DNA from: Mytilus trossulus
Taxonomy: Eukaryota
Length of the DNA stretch: 64,000 nucleotides
Reading direction: 5' to 3'
Assembly (NCBI RefSeq): GCF_036588685.1
Contig: NW_026963293.1
Span: 186,001-250,000, forward strand
The position numbers and the translations under genes were made by a program. Under the pieces are notes generated by a model. It did no database searches. It was not told the origin of the DNA and was given only the letters and a program-made list of their open reading frames with translations. Positions 11,907 through 25,838 of this stretch are shown piece after piece (the stretch's first letter is position 1; every line of letters starts with the position of its first letter).

Positions 11907-14133
11907 TATGACATTTGCGCCGATTTAAAAATGTTTCAGGCGAGTTTTATATAATCAATATAAACCAACCATTCCGTAAGGCTGTTGTACATATGTAATG
12001 AATTGTCAATTATAACATAAAATTGAGCACAAAAATGAGGAATGTGTCAAAGAGAGCAGAAAACAGTCCAACTTTACGTTATTCACACTAGTTCTTAGCA
12101 GCTCTGACCTTTCAAAACTATAAGTAGCGAATCACGAATCGTTGCATTTGCAGTCGGATCATTCTAACATTTATAGAATAGACGAGAAAGGAAGGAATAC
12201 ATCAGATGTGTAGTCTATACATACTCAGGAAGAACAGATTGATAATATTGTATTCCGTTTTTACGGATTTAAATGTTTTGCTTTTGAATGCTGAAAATAG
12301 ATTTTTACTCCGTGATTATATCTTTTAAATTGACTTATACTGCTCGAAATTATACTTCAGCCTTCTCTTGGTGACCAATGGATACCATTTATTATATGCT
12401 TGTCATTATTGAAAATTCATAATATATGTACAACTTGATAGCGGAAGAGTTTATAACGACAAATACAAATAAAAATCATTCACCTGTAAATAACATGTAG
12501 ACATTGGCGCAAACGCAAAACGCCGCTGTAAATCTTATATCATGGTGAACGTTTTGTCTATATTAATTCATTGAATGAAAGTTGTAAAAAAACAAATCAT
12601 ACAAGAAGTAGTAAAGCTTTGAAAGCAGAAGCAGGGGATGTAAATAAAACAAAAGAATCATATCCGTGAAACCAAATATTCTACAACACTCTTTGTTTGA
12701 TGATTCGCAAACTGTAATTTATTCATGTTAAAACGTATGCAAATAATTGAAGCTCCCGAGAATAATGATATAATCACTTCAACATAATAATTTATATATG
12801 TGTTTAAGGTTTTGGTTTGCCATTTGATAAAGGAATTTCCTTTTTGAATTTTTCCTTGGAGTTCAGTATTTTTGTGATTTTACTTTTGTATGGGTCCACA
12901 TAAAAAGTTAAATCAATTGTAATAAACTTTGTTGTTCATGCCTTTTGTACTTGACCTGAAATCTTGTTTTCGTGCTTATAACCCATCTGATGAACCCAAC
13001 ACTTTTAAGGTGGTTGTAGTGATTTATCATCAGTAATAATCATTTTCGTTTAAATATGCCAAATAGATAGTTTTCTCTTTTGAGTGGCCTTTTACAAAGT
13101 TATAAAACGAAGAATCAGCTTTAAATCACAATGTGTTAAAGGAAAGACAACTCAAATACGAACAATTTAGTATACACATTTGTTATTACAGTTGTAAAAT
13201 ATGTGTTGGTTAATAAACGAGCTTTATAGAAAATTTACTATTGTTTAATATTGACATTGATATAATCAAATACAGTGCACTGCATACTATTAGTCATCAA
13301 TTTATATGTTATTCAAAGAATAGGGGTATCAGGTATCTAGGATCTTGTTTTGTACTAAGAAATACATGTTACACAACTATACATTTTAATAAAAAAACTT
13401 ACCAGTACACCATCAGATGAATTTAATCTATTACACAACTCAGTTTGTATATCAATTCTAACAATACAACATAATTTTGTTGCTGCTATTATCAAGAGGG
13501 AAATGCAAATCGTGCAATAGAAACAATGTGTTGGTTGTCGAAAGACATATAACTATGACTAATTTATAGCGAAAAAGTCATCTTCTATAGAGAACAATAC
13601 AAAACATCAATGTTTGAGAAATACAGCCCCAATCAAATAATGCAGAGAGTCAAATCATGTACTTAGGAAGGTTGAAAGGTTTTTGTTTAATCATAAGCAC
13701 ATGTAGATTGCAGTTTTTTTAAAGATAATATAAGAATGTTGTTTTTGAAAAAAATACTTAAGTTATATAATTCATCTTGAAGAATAAAACGTTATTTGTT
13801 TTATTTGTTAAAAAAACAACAACACACTGTCAATTTTACTCAACCAATATTGAAATGTTTGAGATGTATTCAATGATTATATATTTCCAATATAAAGACA
13901 CATCTGAGACTTAAAAGGTGCTCTCAAAGGAACTTTAGTTTTAGAATAATGAAACTTTGGTATGACCATTTAATCTTCTTATTGTGTACATCCTGTAAAG
14001 GTTTATTTTGTGATGGTAAAATTAGTAGTTAGCGCAATGCCTACTGGAACACAAATACGAACTAAACATCATATCATGGTGACCACATTTCAATCCATAT
14101 TTAGTGTTTACAGAATTAACTTGATTACGTGTC

Positions 14134-14201
14134 GGTTAGTGTATAGAAAGTTGTATAATATGAAACTTTGAGCGAGGTATATACCTTTCTATACACTATC
14201 C
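14134..14201. repeat. Inverted repeat / hairpin
   Basis: Perfect 14-bp arms tagtgtatagaaag ... ctttctatacacta. Confidence 0.7.
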
Positions 14202-15472
14202 AATTTAGCACATATTTACAACTTTATAATAAATCCTGTAATTAGTATATTGACATGCTTTTGCTGACTAGATGTTGCTCATTTACGTAGTTTGGTAAAT
14301 CTACCTACTTATATCATTGTAAAAATTGGATTTCAAAAACCCTTGACTTTAGAATGAAAAGATGGTAGCTGCTGGTGTAAGTATGTTTATTGATATAAAT
14401 CGGTGTTTTACTATACATGTACTTATTTAAATGGTAAGATGACAAAATAAGTTGACCAAAAGCAGACAATTCTCAAATTTCAATAGAAGCTTTACATTCT
14501 TGAAAATATTTTTTGATTTCACATATAAACTACAAATCATATTGAAAATGTTTTTGAATGAGTACAAACAGTTGGTTCCCCCTCTCATATGATTGATTGA
14601 AACACTTTTTAAAATGGCTGGATCTGCCCCTGGTATGTACCCATAGGTAGTCTTGTGGATAGTTTACATGCATGAAATATTTGTCATTGGACATTAGGCA
14701 ATCAAAAATCGACCAATTTATGACGAAATATATCAAATTGCTTTATTAATAATTTCCCTTCAAAAGATTCATGGTTGACTCTTTTTGTATACAAAGTAAT
14801 TGCATGGAAGATAAAGGATTACAAATTTTAGATGGAGTTGTACTTAAATCAATGTATAAAGAACCAATGTATTGTTACTCTTTATTTTAATGAAAGAAAC
14901 TTTTAATTGTCAAAAAAAGTTTTAGATCAAAAGATTGATTAGTAGGATGCTAAAAATCTCTTTGAAAACTAATTACAAACTATTTAGTTAAATTTGGAAC
15001 ACAGAATTTATTTCAAAATAGCCAGTAGCAATTTTTGTTCTAAAATCTTGATAACGATACAATGAAATCTTACCCTTGTGGTCATTCATGCTCAGTTACT
15101 TAGTAAACGGAAAAAGTATGAACTATGAAAATTAGAAGGAAATTCAAGCAATTTGATTGGACGAGAAGTTGTAAGTATGTACTAAAGTGATCACACATTG
15201 GAATTTGAAAAAAAAAAAATGCTTTCAGTAACTTACTGTTACTATGAGTACTATTAGGTTAGTACTTTGTGTGTTTTGTGATTTTGTATGTTCATGTTTT
15301 TGTGGCTAGTATCGTCCTTATGGTTTTAGCTTGCTTTTAACGGCTTTGTTGAAAAGTCTCGGACCTTTTACCAATTCAAATGTACCTGGCATACAAAGGA
15401 AGATGCTATTTTGATTAGAAGACTAGTGAACATTCAACAGCTCCATTTTAAATAAAACTATAACTTTAAAAA

Positions 15473-16416
15473 AATATATATATCTGTTCAATTGCAGGAT
15501 AAATGCAAACGACTTAATTCCCTTTGCCTGCGAAATCATTAGATAATTTATAAAGATAAAATAGACAGAGTTTGAATACGAGTTTTGATTTTGTTTTCAG
15601 GAATAGTGAAATCTAAATTGAACAGATTTGAAAAGAATATACTATATATGAATTCTAACTGTTAATACAATTCACGGATAGATACAAATGACTTAATTCC
15701 CTTTGACTATGAAACTTTTTTTGTTTGCAGCTGATGTCAATTTATTCAACGATATTTCTTTCGGTTTGTTGTTAATAAATTGTTAATATATATATCTGTT
15801 CAATTGCAGGATAAATGCAAACGACTTAATTCCCTTTGCCTGCGAAATCATTAGATAATTTATAAAGATAAAATAGACAGAGTTTGAATACGAGTTTTGA
15901 TTTTGTTTTCAGGAATAGTGAAATCTAAATTGAACAGATTTGAAAAGAATATACTATATATGAATTCTAACTGTTAATACAATTCACGGATAGATACAAA
16001 TGACTTAATTCCCTTTGACTATGAAACTTTTTTCGTTTGCAGCTGATGTCAATTTATTCAACGATATTTCTTTCGGTTTGTTGTTAATAAATTGTTAATA
16101 TATATATCTGTTCAATTGCAGGATAAATGCAAACGACTTAATTCCCTTTGCCTGCGAAATCATTAGATAATTTATAAAGATAAAATAGACAGAGTTTGAA
16201 TACGAGTTTTGATTTTGTTTTCAGGAATAGTGAAATCTAAATTGAACAGATTTGAAAAGAATATACTATATATGAATTCTAACTGTTAATACAATTCACG
16301 GATAGATACAAATGACTTAATTCCCTTTGACTATGAAACTTTTTTCGTTTGCAGCTGATGTCAATTTATTCAACGATATTTCTTTCGGTTTGTTGTTAAT
16401 AAATTGTTAATATATA
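15473..16416. repeat. Near-perfect tandem triplication of a 312-bp unit
   Basis: tatctgttcaattgcagg recurs at 15481, 15793 and 16105. I see only one substitution among the copies. Confidence 0.97.
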
Positions 16417-16818
16417 ATTGATAGAATAGAACGTTTAGAATACGTTATCTTTTTAAACGACAAACAGTAAAAACATTACGATACGAGCAGAAGTGAATAC
16501 AATTGCATGTGTTTGAATGCAAAAACTTACAACAGCCATGACAGACATTGATTAAGTTCTTGAAAATATTGAAAAATGAGTGCAGTAAATTAAAGATACA
16601 ATTATGAGGAAATTTTGTCGTTATAATCATCAGACATGACACAATAGTTCTCCATCTCTGCTGGTTATTTTGGAATTTTTCGCACTTTCAAAACACATGA
16701 CGTCTATAAAAAAAAAACATTTGACTACGATTTAAAATGTGCTTAACTATTTCATTACATTTCAGTTTACATGTTTAAATACACGTCTTAGTTAAATACA
16801 TGTATACATAAAACGGTA

Positions 16819-17080
16819 TTATTTATAGATTATCGTTGGTTATCTCAAGGAGATTGATTTTCTCACCGGTCACGGCGAAAACGAGAAAAGCAATCGAGTT
16901 GAGATGACCAATGATAATCTGTTTATTGCTATTTTACCTATGACGACGTTGTCAATTTCATTAGCCAACGTGGCGCCTTAATTTATAGCGATAATTTTCC
17001 ATCTCAAGCGAGTGTCATGATATGAAAAATTATCACAAAAAAAGATCAAAGGAAAAATGCACTAAATAGCGATAATATAA
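16819..17080. mobile_element. Small palindromic non-autonomous element
   Basis: Hairpin agattatcgttggttatctcaa / ttgagatgaccaatgataatct (16828-16920), followed by the inverted pair ttattgctattt / aaatagcgataa. Confidence 0.55.
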
Positions 17081-17174
17081 TGTCTTTGTTGGCAATTTGA
17101 AGGTCTTCGTAATTTTCATGAATTTAAAATTTTAAAGTAACTCTAAATTAGAATGACTTTCAAACATGCAAAGC

Positions 17175-17180
17175 TTTATT
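17175..17180 (-). promoter_or_regulatory. Polyadenylation signal of USP-B
   Basis: AATAAA on the minus strand ~90 nt past the TGA stop. Confidence 0.55.
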
Positions 17181-17268
17181 ATTTACATTTTATACAATAT
17201 ACTAATTCTTATAACATTTAATACTAGTTTGATCAATACAAGTAAAGACAAACATTGAATGCATTTGT

Positions 17269-17481
17269 TCATTTCTTTTTCTCTTCCTTTGTTCTGCAAA
17301 CTAATACAGGAACATTAGAATGATGAACAAGATAATCACTAACACTCCCTAACAGTGTCCTCCGTAATTTACCAAGAGCTCTAGTTCCAGTAATGATCAA
17401 AGCGGCGTTTTCTTCTTTTGCAACTCTTAAAATTCCTTCGGCGGGTTTTGATGCTTGGGTACTTTTAGCGACGCCTTTTAA
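17269..17481 (-). CDS. USP-B exon 4 (last coding exon)
   Basis: cctttcag acceptor; LKGVAKSTQASKPAEGILRVAKEENAALIITGTRALGKLRRTLLGSVSDYLVHHSNVPVLVCRTKEEKKK*. Typical USP C-terminus. Confidence 0.95.
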   Translation of the reverse strand, partial: LKGVAKSTQASKPAEGILRVAKEENAALIITGTRALGKLRRTLLGSVSDYLVHHSNVPVLVCRTKEEKKK

Positions 17482-19061
17482 CTGAAAGGAAAAAAAGAAG
17501 TACAGCTATCAGGATAATAATAATATTTTGTTTTGTTATTGTGAATAAATATTAATTATCATTTTTAAGAGAATCACTGACGATCTCTTAAGGAAATTTG
17601 GTTTGATGCATGTCACATGATATATGTTTACAGTCAGCATATACATATTCACATTTAAATATTGACAATTCCGGGATCCACAGTTACTGTATTTCCCGAA
17701 AAGATACTTAAGATGATTTAAAATAGTAGCCTGTTATTTTCTATACTCTGGCAAATTGACACTCTTAATACATCCTTTGCAATTCATGGTATTTTTATCG
17801 ATTGTATGACTGTGATAAATGGGGCTAACCCTGAGTGTATTGTTATCTGTTCAACCATGCCTTTAAATCGAATGTACCCTGTCCTTTACTAACACCACTT
17901 TAAGCACACATTCTTTGTTATAACGTATATTCTTCAATGCTCATTTATTTGTTACCTTCATGTACGGTTCTAGATTATATGTTTGAATATTCTTAAATCA
18001 AAAATATCTCTTTTCGAAAATTGTTCATTAGTATGTAAGTGAAACTTATTTGTGTTTCATTTCCAACTTGCAGTAACACACTAATGATTTTTTGCTAATT
18101 ATTTTTGATTTTGGTTGATGCCTAATGATTAACATGTATACCAATTTTTCTTTCGTCTTCGATGTCGTTGAAAAAACGAACGTTGTACACTGGAAGACGC
18201 CAGAAGAACAAAAACAGAGAAAGAGGAATATAGAGACGCTTCTATACTTTGAATAAAGTTATTGTGCGAAATATTTGTCATCACTTTTATTTGATTGAGA
18301 GTTATTGTTTCCCTTACTTTAAAAGCTAATGGAATGATGTACGACCTTAAACTGTAATAGAGTGTTAAATCGTTCATGTTATTCAATTAGGCAACCTCAT
18401 GAGAATTAACAATTACTCCCATGTTTCATAGAACAGTCCTTTATTGTCGTTCATACCCGATCTGTTGTTCGCCGTAAACATCACGACGTTTAACCTTTAA
18501 ATAAAATGGAAGTAAAACGACCATAAACAATACTTTTGTTAGTTTTTGTTTAACATTGTCAAAACGTTTTATATAGTATTTACGAGACCCTAGCGTGCTT
18601 ATTAATTATTCAAAGCTAAAAAGTGAATTTGTTATTTTAGGTATTCAAGAAGAAGATGGTAATTTCATGTTACACACAAACTCGTGTAGTCAAACATGTC
18701 ATTTGCATTGATTAAAGTGACATTTCACAAGATTGTGATTATCAAATACACGTTTCCTTGTATATTGAATCCATGTTTGTTGGTTTGTTCATGACTTAGC
18801 TTTGTTGATGTTCTTTTAATTTGCGACATTTTGTTTGTCTTCTCATAATATGACATATGTACTATATAGTCAATCTAATCATCTTATCATATAAGACATA
18901 TTTGTTCATTGATAGATATTTGAAAAAAGATATCGACAAAATGCAAAATGCTAAATTCTGGTATAACTGATCAGTTAGAGCCACAAATCAACCATAACTA
19001 CCATGAAGGTAATTAAAAAGTTGTATTAATTTCAACAATTACAACTTTATAGAGACATTAC

Positions 19062-19168
19062 TTTCAATCTTTGTAGACAAGCCCCAAACTCTTCGAGTCT
19101 AGCTTCCACCTTATGAATTTCGTGATCTAATATGGTTTTGAATGCGTCTACGTCTTCAGGGTTTGGTG
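19062..19168 (-). CDS. USP-B exon 3
   Basis: cttatag acceptor and gtaatg donor; (S)PNPEDVDAFKTILDHEIHKVEARLEEFGACLQRLK, 107 nt. Confidence 0.9.
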
Positions 19169-20456
19169 CTATAAGAAAAGATAAAAATAAAAATAACACG
19201 AAAATATTATATATTCAATTGAATTTATAACCTCCCTGGCTTTTAATTTATTAAATGAATATATCTAAAAGTATACATGTCATCAGTGAAGGATATATAA
19301 TCATTATAATTGTTGAAGTTATATCCATAGTTTTTTCAGCATTTTCCCTACCATCTTATAAATCAAACACGAAAATATTTTCCAAATATAAAAAAAAATT
19401 GAATATAGATTTTGTTCATCAATAATTGTATTCAGATATCAATTCATACATGTATATATTAATTATTACATATCAAAGACAATTTTCATAATATATGAAT
19501 CAATTGATTAAAAAAAGAGAAAATAATCAATGAAAATAAAAAAATATATATATCGTTTTATTAATATTAATATACTACATGTCTCTGAATAAATCAAGTC
19601 TTGGTGAAATGTTACATGTTTTTCCCGCGACACACATTAGCAGTTTGTCCGTGAGAATGTTCAGATTGTTCTCAGATTGATATTTTTCATCATTATACGA
19701 TATTAAGCAAACAAAAACAAATAAATTATTCTCTACAATGTCAAACTTTACTTTTCCTTTTAATTAAATTATATCGATTGTTTTCTTCTTTGAATTGTTG
19801 TACATTTATCATTTCAGGGCATTCATTTTATAGCCGACTTTTGCGATATGAGCTTGGTTCGTTATTTGAAACCATACGATGACATATAGTTCACAATTTC
19901 TGTGTCACTGGGTCTCTTGTAGAGAAATGTCACATTCGCAATCAAACCACATCATCCTTTATTTAATAGTTTCGCAAATTGTACGGTCTTAATTACATGT
20001 AAATGGGGAGGTTTTCCTACACTGCTTTTTGATACTGAAAGAATAATAACAGCAACCACAGGATAGCCGAACTGACTGTTGATGACATAAACTTTATCTA
20101 ATATAATCTAAGATATATGGTATATTCTCCATTTTTTTTTATTAACACGTGTCAAATATAGATATGACCGAAAGCGGATACTACATTGAGACAATATCCT
20201 AACGACCATCATCCGACCCAAATAACACATCCCGAGGTAATATGCGGTCAAAGGTGTGAATACTATATTTCAAGGTCCTAATATCTGAACAAACCAGAGA
20301 CAAGAAAAGTTGTTAATGAATTTTATTTTAGAAGTCTTTCCAAAAAATATCAGCTATATCATTTTTTCATACACATTTTTTAATGAACCAGAACAACCTC
20401 TAAAAATGTGGCTGACGGGGTACACGCTGTTTTAAAGATTCATGATTTTAACTTAC

Positions 20457-20552
20457 AATGATATAGTTCAGAAGAGGAAAGCAATTCGTTCATCTCTACA
20501 CAATATACCAATATTACGTAGTCATCTGTTTTGTGAACGTTCTTGGCATACC
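20457..20552 (-). CDS. USP-B exon 2
   Basis: attttag acceptor and gtaagt donor; (W)YAKNVHKTDDYVILVYCVEMNELLSSSELYH. Confidence 0.92.
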
Positions 20553-21759
20553 CTAAAATAACAATCATTACATGTTATGGCTTCAATTTAACCATTATTG
20601 AAAACAGTCAAACTAGAATTTAACCATTGTATAAACTAGCAAACTAAAATGAGAAAATGTAGCATAATGATAATTTAGCATGCAAACCGTGTTAACGAAG
20701 AATGTTTATCTCGTGATTACATCGGTTTTATCTACACAAATTCTATACTACATCGCTGAGAACAGTTTTAGTTTTGCAATGATGTTTTATCAATAGTGAT
20801 GCATTATTACCATGCGTGTCGTATGTTTATACGTCCAGAGATAATTGGCATATCTATTCATGTCAATTATTCATAACAGGCATTGACGTTGATATCTTTT
20901 GATAAAGTGTTGTTTTCGGACAGGAAATTGGTTTTTGATCTGTACTATTGTAGAAATAGAGCAAACAAAATCAAACGATTGAGGGTTATTGTCATTCAGA
21001 AGCTTCAAATTAAAAAAAAAAAACATCAGAAGGGCTTTGTCATTATTATTGTTTTAACATACAAAAACCGATATTTTTTTTATAGGGACAATTTTTTTTT
21101 AAACAATGTTGTTTTAAATTTTAAACGATTTTTCGAAATTTCAAAATCAAACAATTTCTAAAACAAAAAGTACCCACCCATGCCGCCTTACATACGAAGA
21201 ATGCTTGGTTCCTTAAATCATAGGTGACATTTTACGTGCTATTTACAGTTAAATGATTTGTAATGCTATTCGTTCTTTTATTTGTATATTTCTTCCCTTC
21301 CTTCTGTCATACCTTTTGATAAAACTCGAAATTAAAAATGTACTATCCAAAAGTAGTAATGTAGTACAGGGAATTAAAAACAAATAAAAATAAAAATAAA
21401 AAACAAATCATAGGTCACAAAATAATTTAAAAAAATGCAATTCAGAACAGTACATGGTTTGTAAAAAAGCAAAGAAAGGGCCTGTTATGAACAGCAAAAT
21501 GATTCTCCGCATTTTTTAGACTCATCATTATAAATGTGGTTCGTGCTATGCATGAAGTACAATGTAAGAAATGGTGAGTTACTCTTATTAAACGTACATT
21601 TGCTTTTTACCAAATAGGAAGAAATAAGACCACTTTCAAAGGGGAAATCTGAATCAATAACTTGTTTTTATGCGCTCTTAAACAAAGTCTTACACTTTTT
21701 AATACTGTAACATATGGAATTGAGTACAATTTTTCAATCCTACTAGTGAACATGCAAAG

Positions 21760-21913
21760 AAACTCATCATATATACCAGGATTAAATTTTGTACTTACGC
21801 CAGACGCGCGTTCTGTTTACAAAAGAGTCATCAGTGACGCTCGAACCCAAAATAGGCCAAATAAAGTACGAAGTTGAAGAGCATTGGTGACCTAAACGTT
21901 TTGCCAAATACAG
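21760..21913 (-). mobile_element. 5'-truncated family A retrozyme with a damaged hammerhead (21797-21840)
   Basis: CUGAUGA and GUC are present, but GAAA has become AGAA and stem II is mispaired. Confidence 0.8.
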
Positions 21914-22824
21914 TAGTAATCGACAAAAGCACTTAACACTAATACAGTATAACATTGAAGCACACAAATAAGCACACGTACATTAAACATTGTAACATCT
22001 CTAAGACTTCTGTTTTTGTTTCAAATTGCAAGATTAAAAGTCCTGTTAGACCAGTTTTTACGAATGAATATTAATAGGCCTGCCCTGACGGATTATTTGA
22101 TATCTTACTGAGCAACTATAGTAATATAACATAGTCATATTTTCTATGTTTTTATGCGTGGTCAGTCCAATATTGGAAGTGTTGAATTACATATTCCATT
22201 TAAGTAAGTTTAGTATATAACATGATAATTGTGAACATAAAATAGAGAGTAAAATAAAATGAGTTGCTTTCGTGCTTCTTGTTTTTGTTTGTTTGAAAAC
22301 CGTAGCTGAAACAAGTGGTAAGTTCTATCATCAGATTCTATTGACTATTGTGCTGGACCGACTAATTTTATTTACTTACAATCAATATGACACAAAATGA
22401 TATTCATAAATGCTTCATATGTAATTTATAATTCATGTCAGGAAGTCATTTTTCAAAGAAAACATACAGAGGAGACAACAAAGGAAATTGTAGAATATCT
22501 CATACATATTGATAATGTATAAACTAATTTGCACTGCATATTAAACTAGATTAGAAACTATTCTCCACGTCAAAAACCTTATAGTTGAATGGGGTCATAA
22601 ATACATATATAAACTCAATCGTCGATAACGAAAAAGCAGTTTCCTCGTCAATTCTTTTTAATATTTGCGAAGTGTAAAACTCGATGGTTATAAGTTTCTA
22701 AGTTTACAAAACATTAATGTTTAATGAATTTTAATATCTCTGATGAAACGAGAGGGTGCTACAGAGTAAAGGCTTATAAAAAAAAACATTGCTAATTGAC
22801 AATAAATTTGTTGTCAGGCATAAA

Positions 22825-23007
22825 TTACCTTAGCTGTATTTGGCAAAACTTTTAGGAATTTTGGTCATCAATGCTCTTCAACTTCGTACTTTATTTGGCC
22901 TTTTTAACCTTTTTGGATTCGAGCATCACTGATGAGTCTTTTGTAGACGAAACGCGCGTCTGGCGTATATACAAAATTTAGTCCTGGTATCTATGATGAG
23001 TTTATTT
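22825..23007 (+). mobile_element. 5'-truncated family A retrozyme
   Basis: Reverse complement of 25378-25565; ends ...gatgagtttattt. Confidence 0.85.
22923..22966 (+). ncRNA. Minimal type I hammerhead ribozyme, intact core
   Basis: GCAUCA CUGAUGA GUCU-UUUGU-AGAC GAAA C GCGC GUC^UGGCGU, predicted cut after 22960. Stem I has one mismatch and can extend through GGAUU (22915-19) pairing with AGUCC (22980-84). Confidence 0.88.
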
Positions 23008-23230
23008 GCATGTAATGTAATGTTTAACCAATAAAACTGAAAACAAATGCATGCTAATTATCATACGTCTAATGTATTTTGTTTTTGTATTAGTTAAAAT
23101 TAAGAATAATGGAAAAAAAATTCACACGTTACAAGAATCTGGCATGAGACTATTAAGACTAGTTATATAAGCAACAATGTACAATAAAAATTGTGTCTGT
23201 ATCTTATACTTTAGTATGGAGAATAATTCA

Positions 23231-23347
23231 TTCATGTCAATATTATATTTGTTAAATATCAAGTTAAAATTCATGTCAATATTATATTTGTTAAATATAA
23301 AGTTAAAATTCATGTCAATATTATATTTGTTAAATATAAAGTTAAAA
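23231..23347. repeat. Minisatellite, 3 x 39 bp
   Basis: Unit ttcatgtcaatattatatttgttaaatat(a/c)aagttaaaa. Confidence 0.95.
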
Positions 23348-24926
23348 CATGGGTGTTTTTGCTTTCAGCATCGATTTCTTGAAGACAAAATAAAATTTAG
23401 CATGCTCTTGTGTATAATCATGAGTTAAACTAAACAAAAACCATTATTGTCAGACAATTATAACTAGCAGCTGGAAAAAAGAAAAAAAGTCTTCTTTAAA
23501 ATTTTGGCTTTTAGAAATCTGTTTATTTCAAAACATCATGACAAAAGTTTGACCAAATGTTGTTGTAAGTTTTCATAGAAATTATGAAATAGTTTGTTAT
23601 TCTTTAAAGAGATTTTAAAATAAAAAATGACAGTCCATGTGCAAACTGTCGGCTGATAATGCACCAAAGATAACCCATCTCATATGATATATAAGATAGA
23701 ACACATCAGTATTAAATTCACACAGTAAACCTTGATTTGTGCAGCGAAGGAGGAACGTCGGCACAAGAACGTAATAAAAAGGCTTTTAATCAGAATAATT
23801 ATGTATCAATATTTGATATTATCAGACATTGCTGTGATATTTTTATTTATACTAAAACTGTTTAGTTGATGAAAAAGACACGAAGAAAATCCCGCAAGGT
23901 CACATGCAATAATTATTTCTTTCATGTGCAATAAGTATCATACGTAGAATAGAAACGTTTACCTATTTGATCCTTTCCAATTAATTCTCTTGAAATTAAA
24001 TTCCCGAACTTTAGCCTATGTACAAAATGTAATCCTTATTACATGGAACTTATGGCAAATATGATTAAAAGTAAATTTGCATTGTATTTGGATCAATAAC
24101 AGTGAACAATAAGGAACGAATATTCTTTGCTGTAGATATTATTATCAAAAGTACACTTAAACAAACATTACATTCTTTGACGTCCCTTGAATATCTTTTG
24201 CTAATCAGGTATTGCTTGAGTGTCAATTGACAATAAAAAAAAACCAAGTGTCTGTTGTATCAATACGCTCCTGTAGATAACTCGTGTATCTATTTATGTC
24301 AATATGTCATGAACGATATTTCAGTGATGTTGTTTTTTTAAGATTTTTTATCAGACACATATCCCATTCTGACCATTATTATCTAAGAATATAGCACTCT
24401 GTAGTATTCCGTAAGTCAGAAGTTATATATTAATCTGTAACCAACGTTCTCTTGACAGAGTTATTTTAAACTGCATATGTTTATATAACATGTATAATAA
24501 ACAGAATCGTGTTGTACAATCATTGCGTCTGTTATTTTGGGGAGATGTGGGGTATACACTAACCAGACATTAACCAAACAAAAACAATAACCAACATATA
24601 TCTATTGGGCAACATTAGTGAATTGGTTAAACTGTTTCTTAAGATCACATCCTTCCCCTGTATGTCCCGGTTTGTGGATTAGCAACAACGTAGATTAAAG
24701 GAAATACACTAAAAATAAGAAGAAGATCAAGTACTTAACTTAAAACTATAAATGATATGATAGACTACAAAAATGTAAACAATATTGAATAAACCCCATT
24801 CTTATGTGTGTGCGAAACGTAGATATGTCAAACATTTGCAGAACCCATATTGATAAAAATTCTATTAATTCTTATTCATTGCTGTACTAATGTTTAACAC
24901 TAACACATGAACGCGAAACATGTTTA

Positions 24927-25271
24927 CGTATTGTTATGCGTTTACTTTTCTACATTGGTTAGAGGGTTGAGATCTCACAAACATGCTTAACCCCGCCGCA
25001 TTTTTGCGCCTGTCCCAAGTCAGGAGCCTCTGGCCTTTGTTAGTCTTGTATTATTTTAATTTTAGTTTCTTGTGTACAATTTGGATATTAGTATGGCGTT
25101 TATTTTCACTGGACTAGTATATATGTGTTTAGGGGCCAGCTGAAGGACGCCTCCGGGTGCAGGAATTTCTCGCTACATTGAAGACCTGTTGGTGACCTTC
25201 TGCTGTTGTTTGTTATTTGGTAGGGTTGTTGTCTCTTTGACACATTCTCCATTTCCATTCTCAATTTTATT
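24927..25271 (+). mobile_element. Truncated copy of the 10717-11526 interspersed repeat
   Basis: Direct sequence similarity; lacks the MITE insertion. Confidence 0.75.
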
Positions 25272-25419
25272 TCGATTCTTTTCTAATAGTTGTAATTAAT
25301 CACAAACAAACACAGATGACCATCAATATTTTTATTTCACTTATGTGTTGCAAACTGATAATCATTATTATACACTGAAATAAACTCATCATAGATACCA
25401 GGATTTAAATTTTATATTT

Positions 25420-25463
25420 ACGCCAGACGCGCGTTTCGTCTACAAGACACTCATCAGTGACGC
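25420..25463 (-). ncRNA. Minimal type I hammerhead with intact core and weakened stem II
   Basis: GCGUCA CUGAUGA GUGU-CUUGU-AGAC GAAA C GCGC GUC^UGGCGU, with one G.G mismatch in stem II. Confidence 0.8.
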
Positions 25464-25794
25464 TCGAATTAAAAAATGTTTAAAAGGCCAAATAGCTATA
25501 GAGTACGAAGTTGAAGAGCATTGAGGACCAAAAATTCCTAAAAGTTTTGCCAAATACAGCTAAGGCAATATATTCGTGTGGTAGAAAAGCCTTAGTTTTT
25601 CAAAAATTCAAAGTTTTTGTAACAGTTAATTTATAATTATGAACATATCAATGATAACTCAAGTCAACACAGAAGTGCTGACTACTGGGCTGGTGATAAT
25701 TACTCTCGGGGAAATAAATCTCCACCAGCAGTGGCATCGAGCCAGTGGTTGCAAATAAACTCATTATAGATATTAGGATTAAAATTTTATATTT

Positions 25795-25838
25795 ACGCCA
25801 GACGCGCGTTTCGTCTACAAAAGACTCATCAGTGACGT
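25795..25838 (-). ncRNA. Minimal type I hammerhead ribozyme, fully intact
   Basis: ACGUCA CUGAUGA GUCU-UUUGU-AGAC GAAA C GCGC GUC^UGGCGU. All core residues and stems are present; predicted cut between 25801 and 25800. Confidence 0.9.

Noticed and set aside
23231-23347. 39-bp repeats as a CRISPR array or a repetitive protein
   Set aside because: The units are contiguous with no spacers, the context is eukaryotic, and the ORFs on both strands arise only because 39 is a multiple of three.
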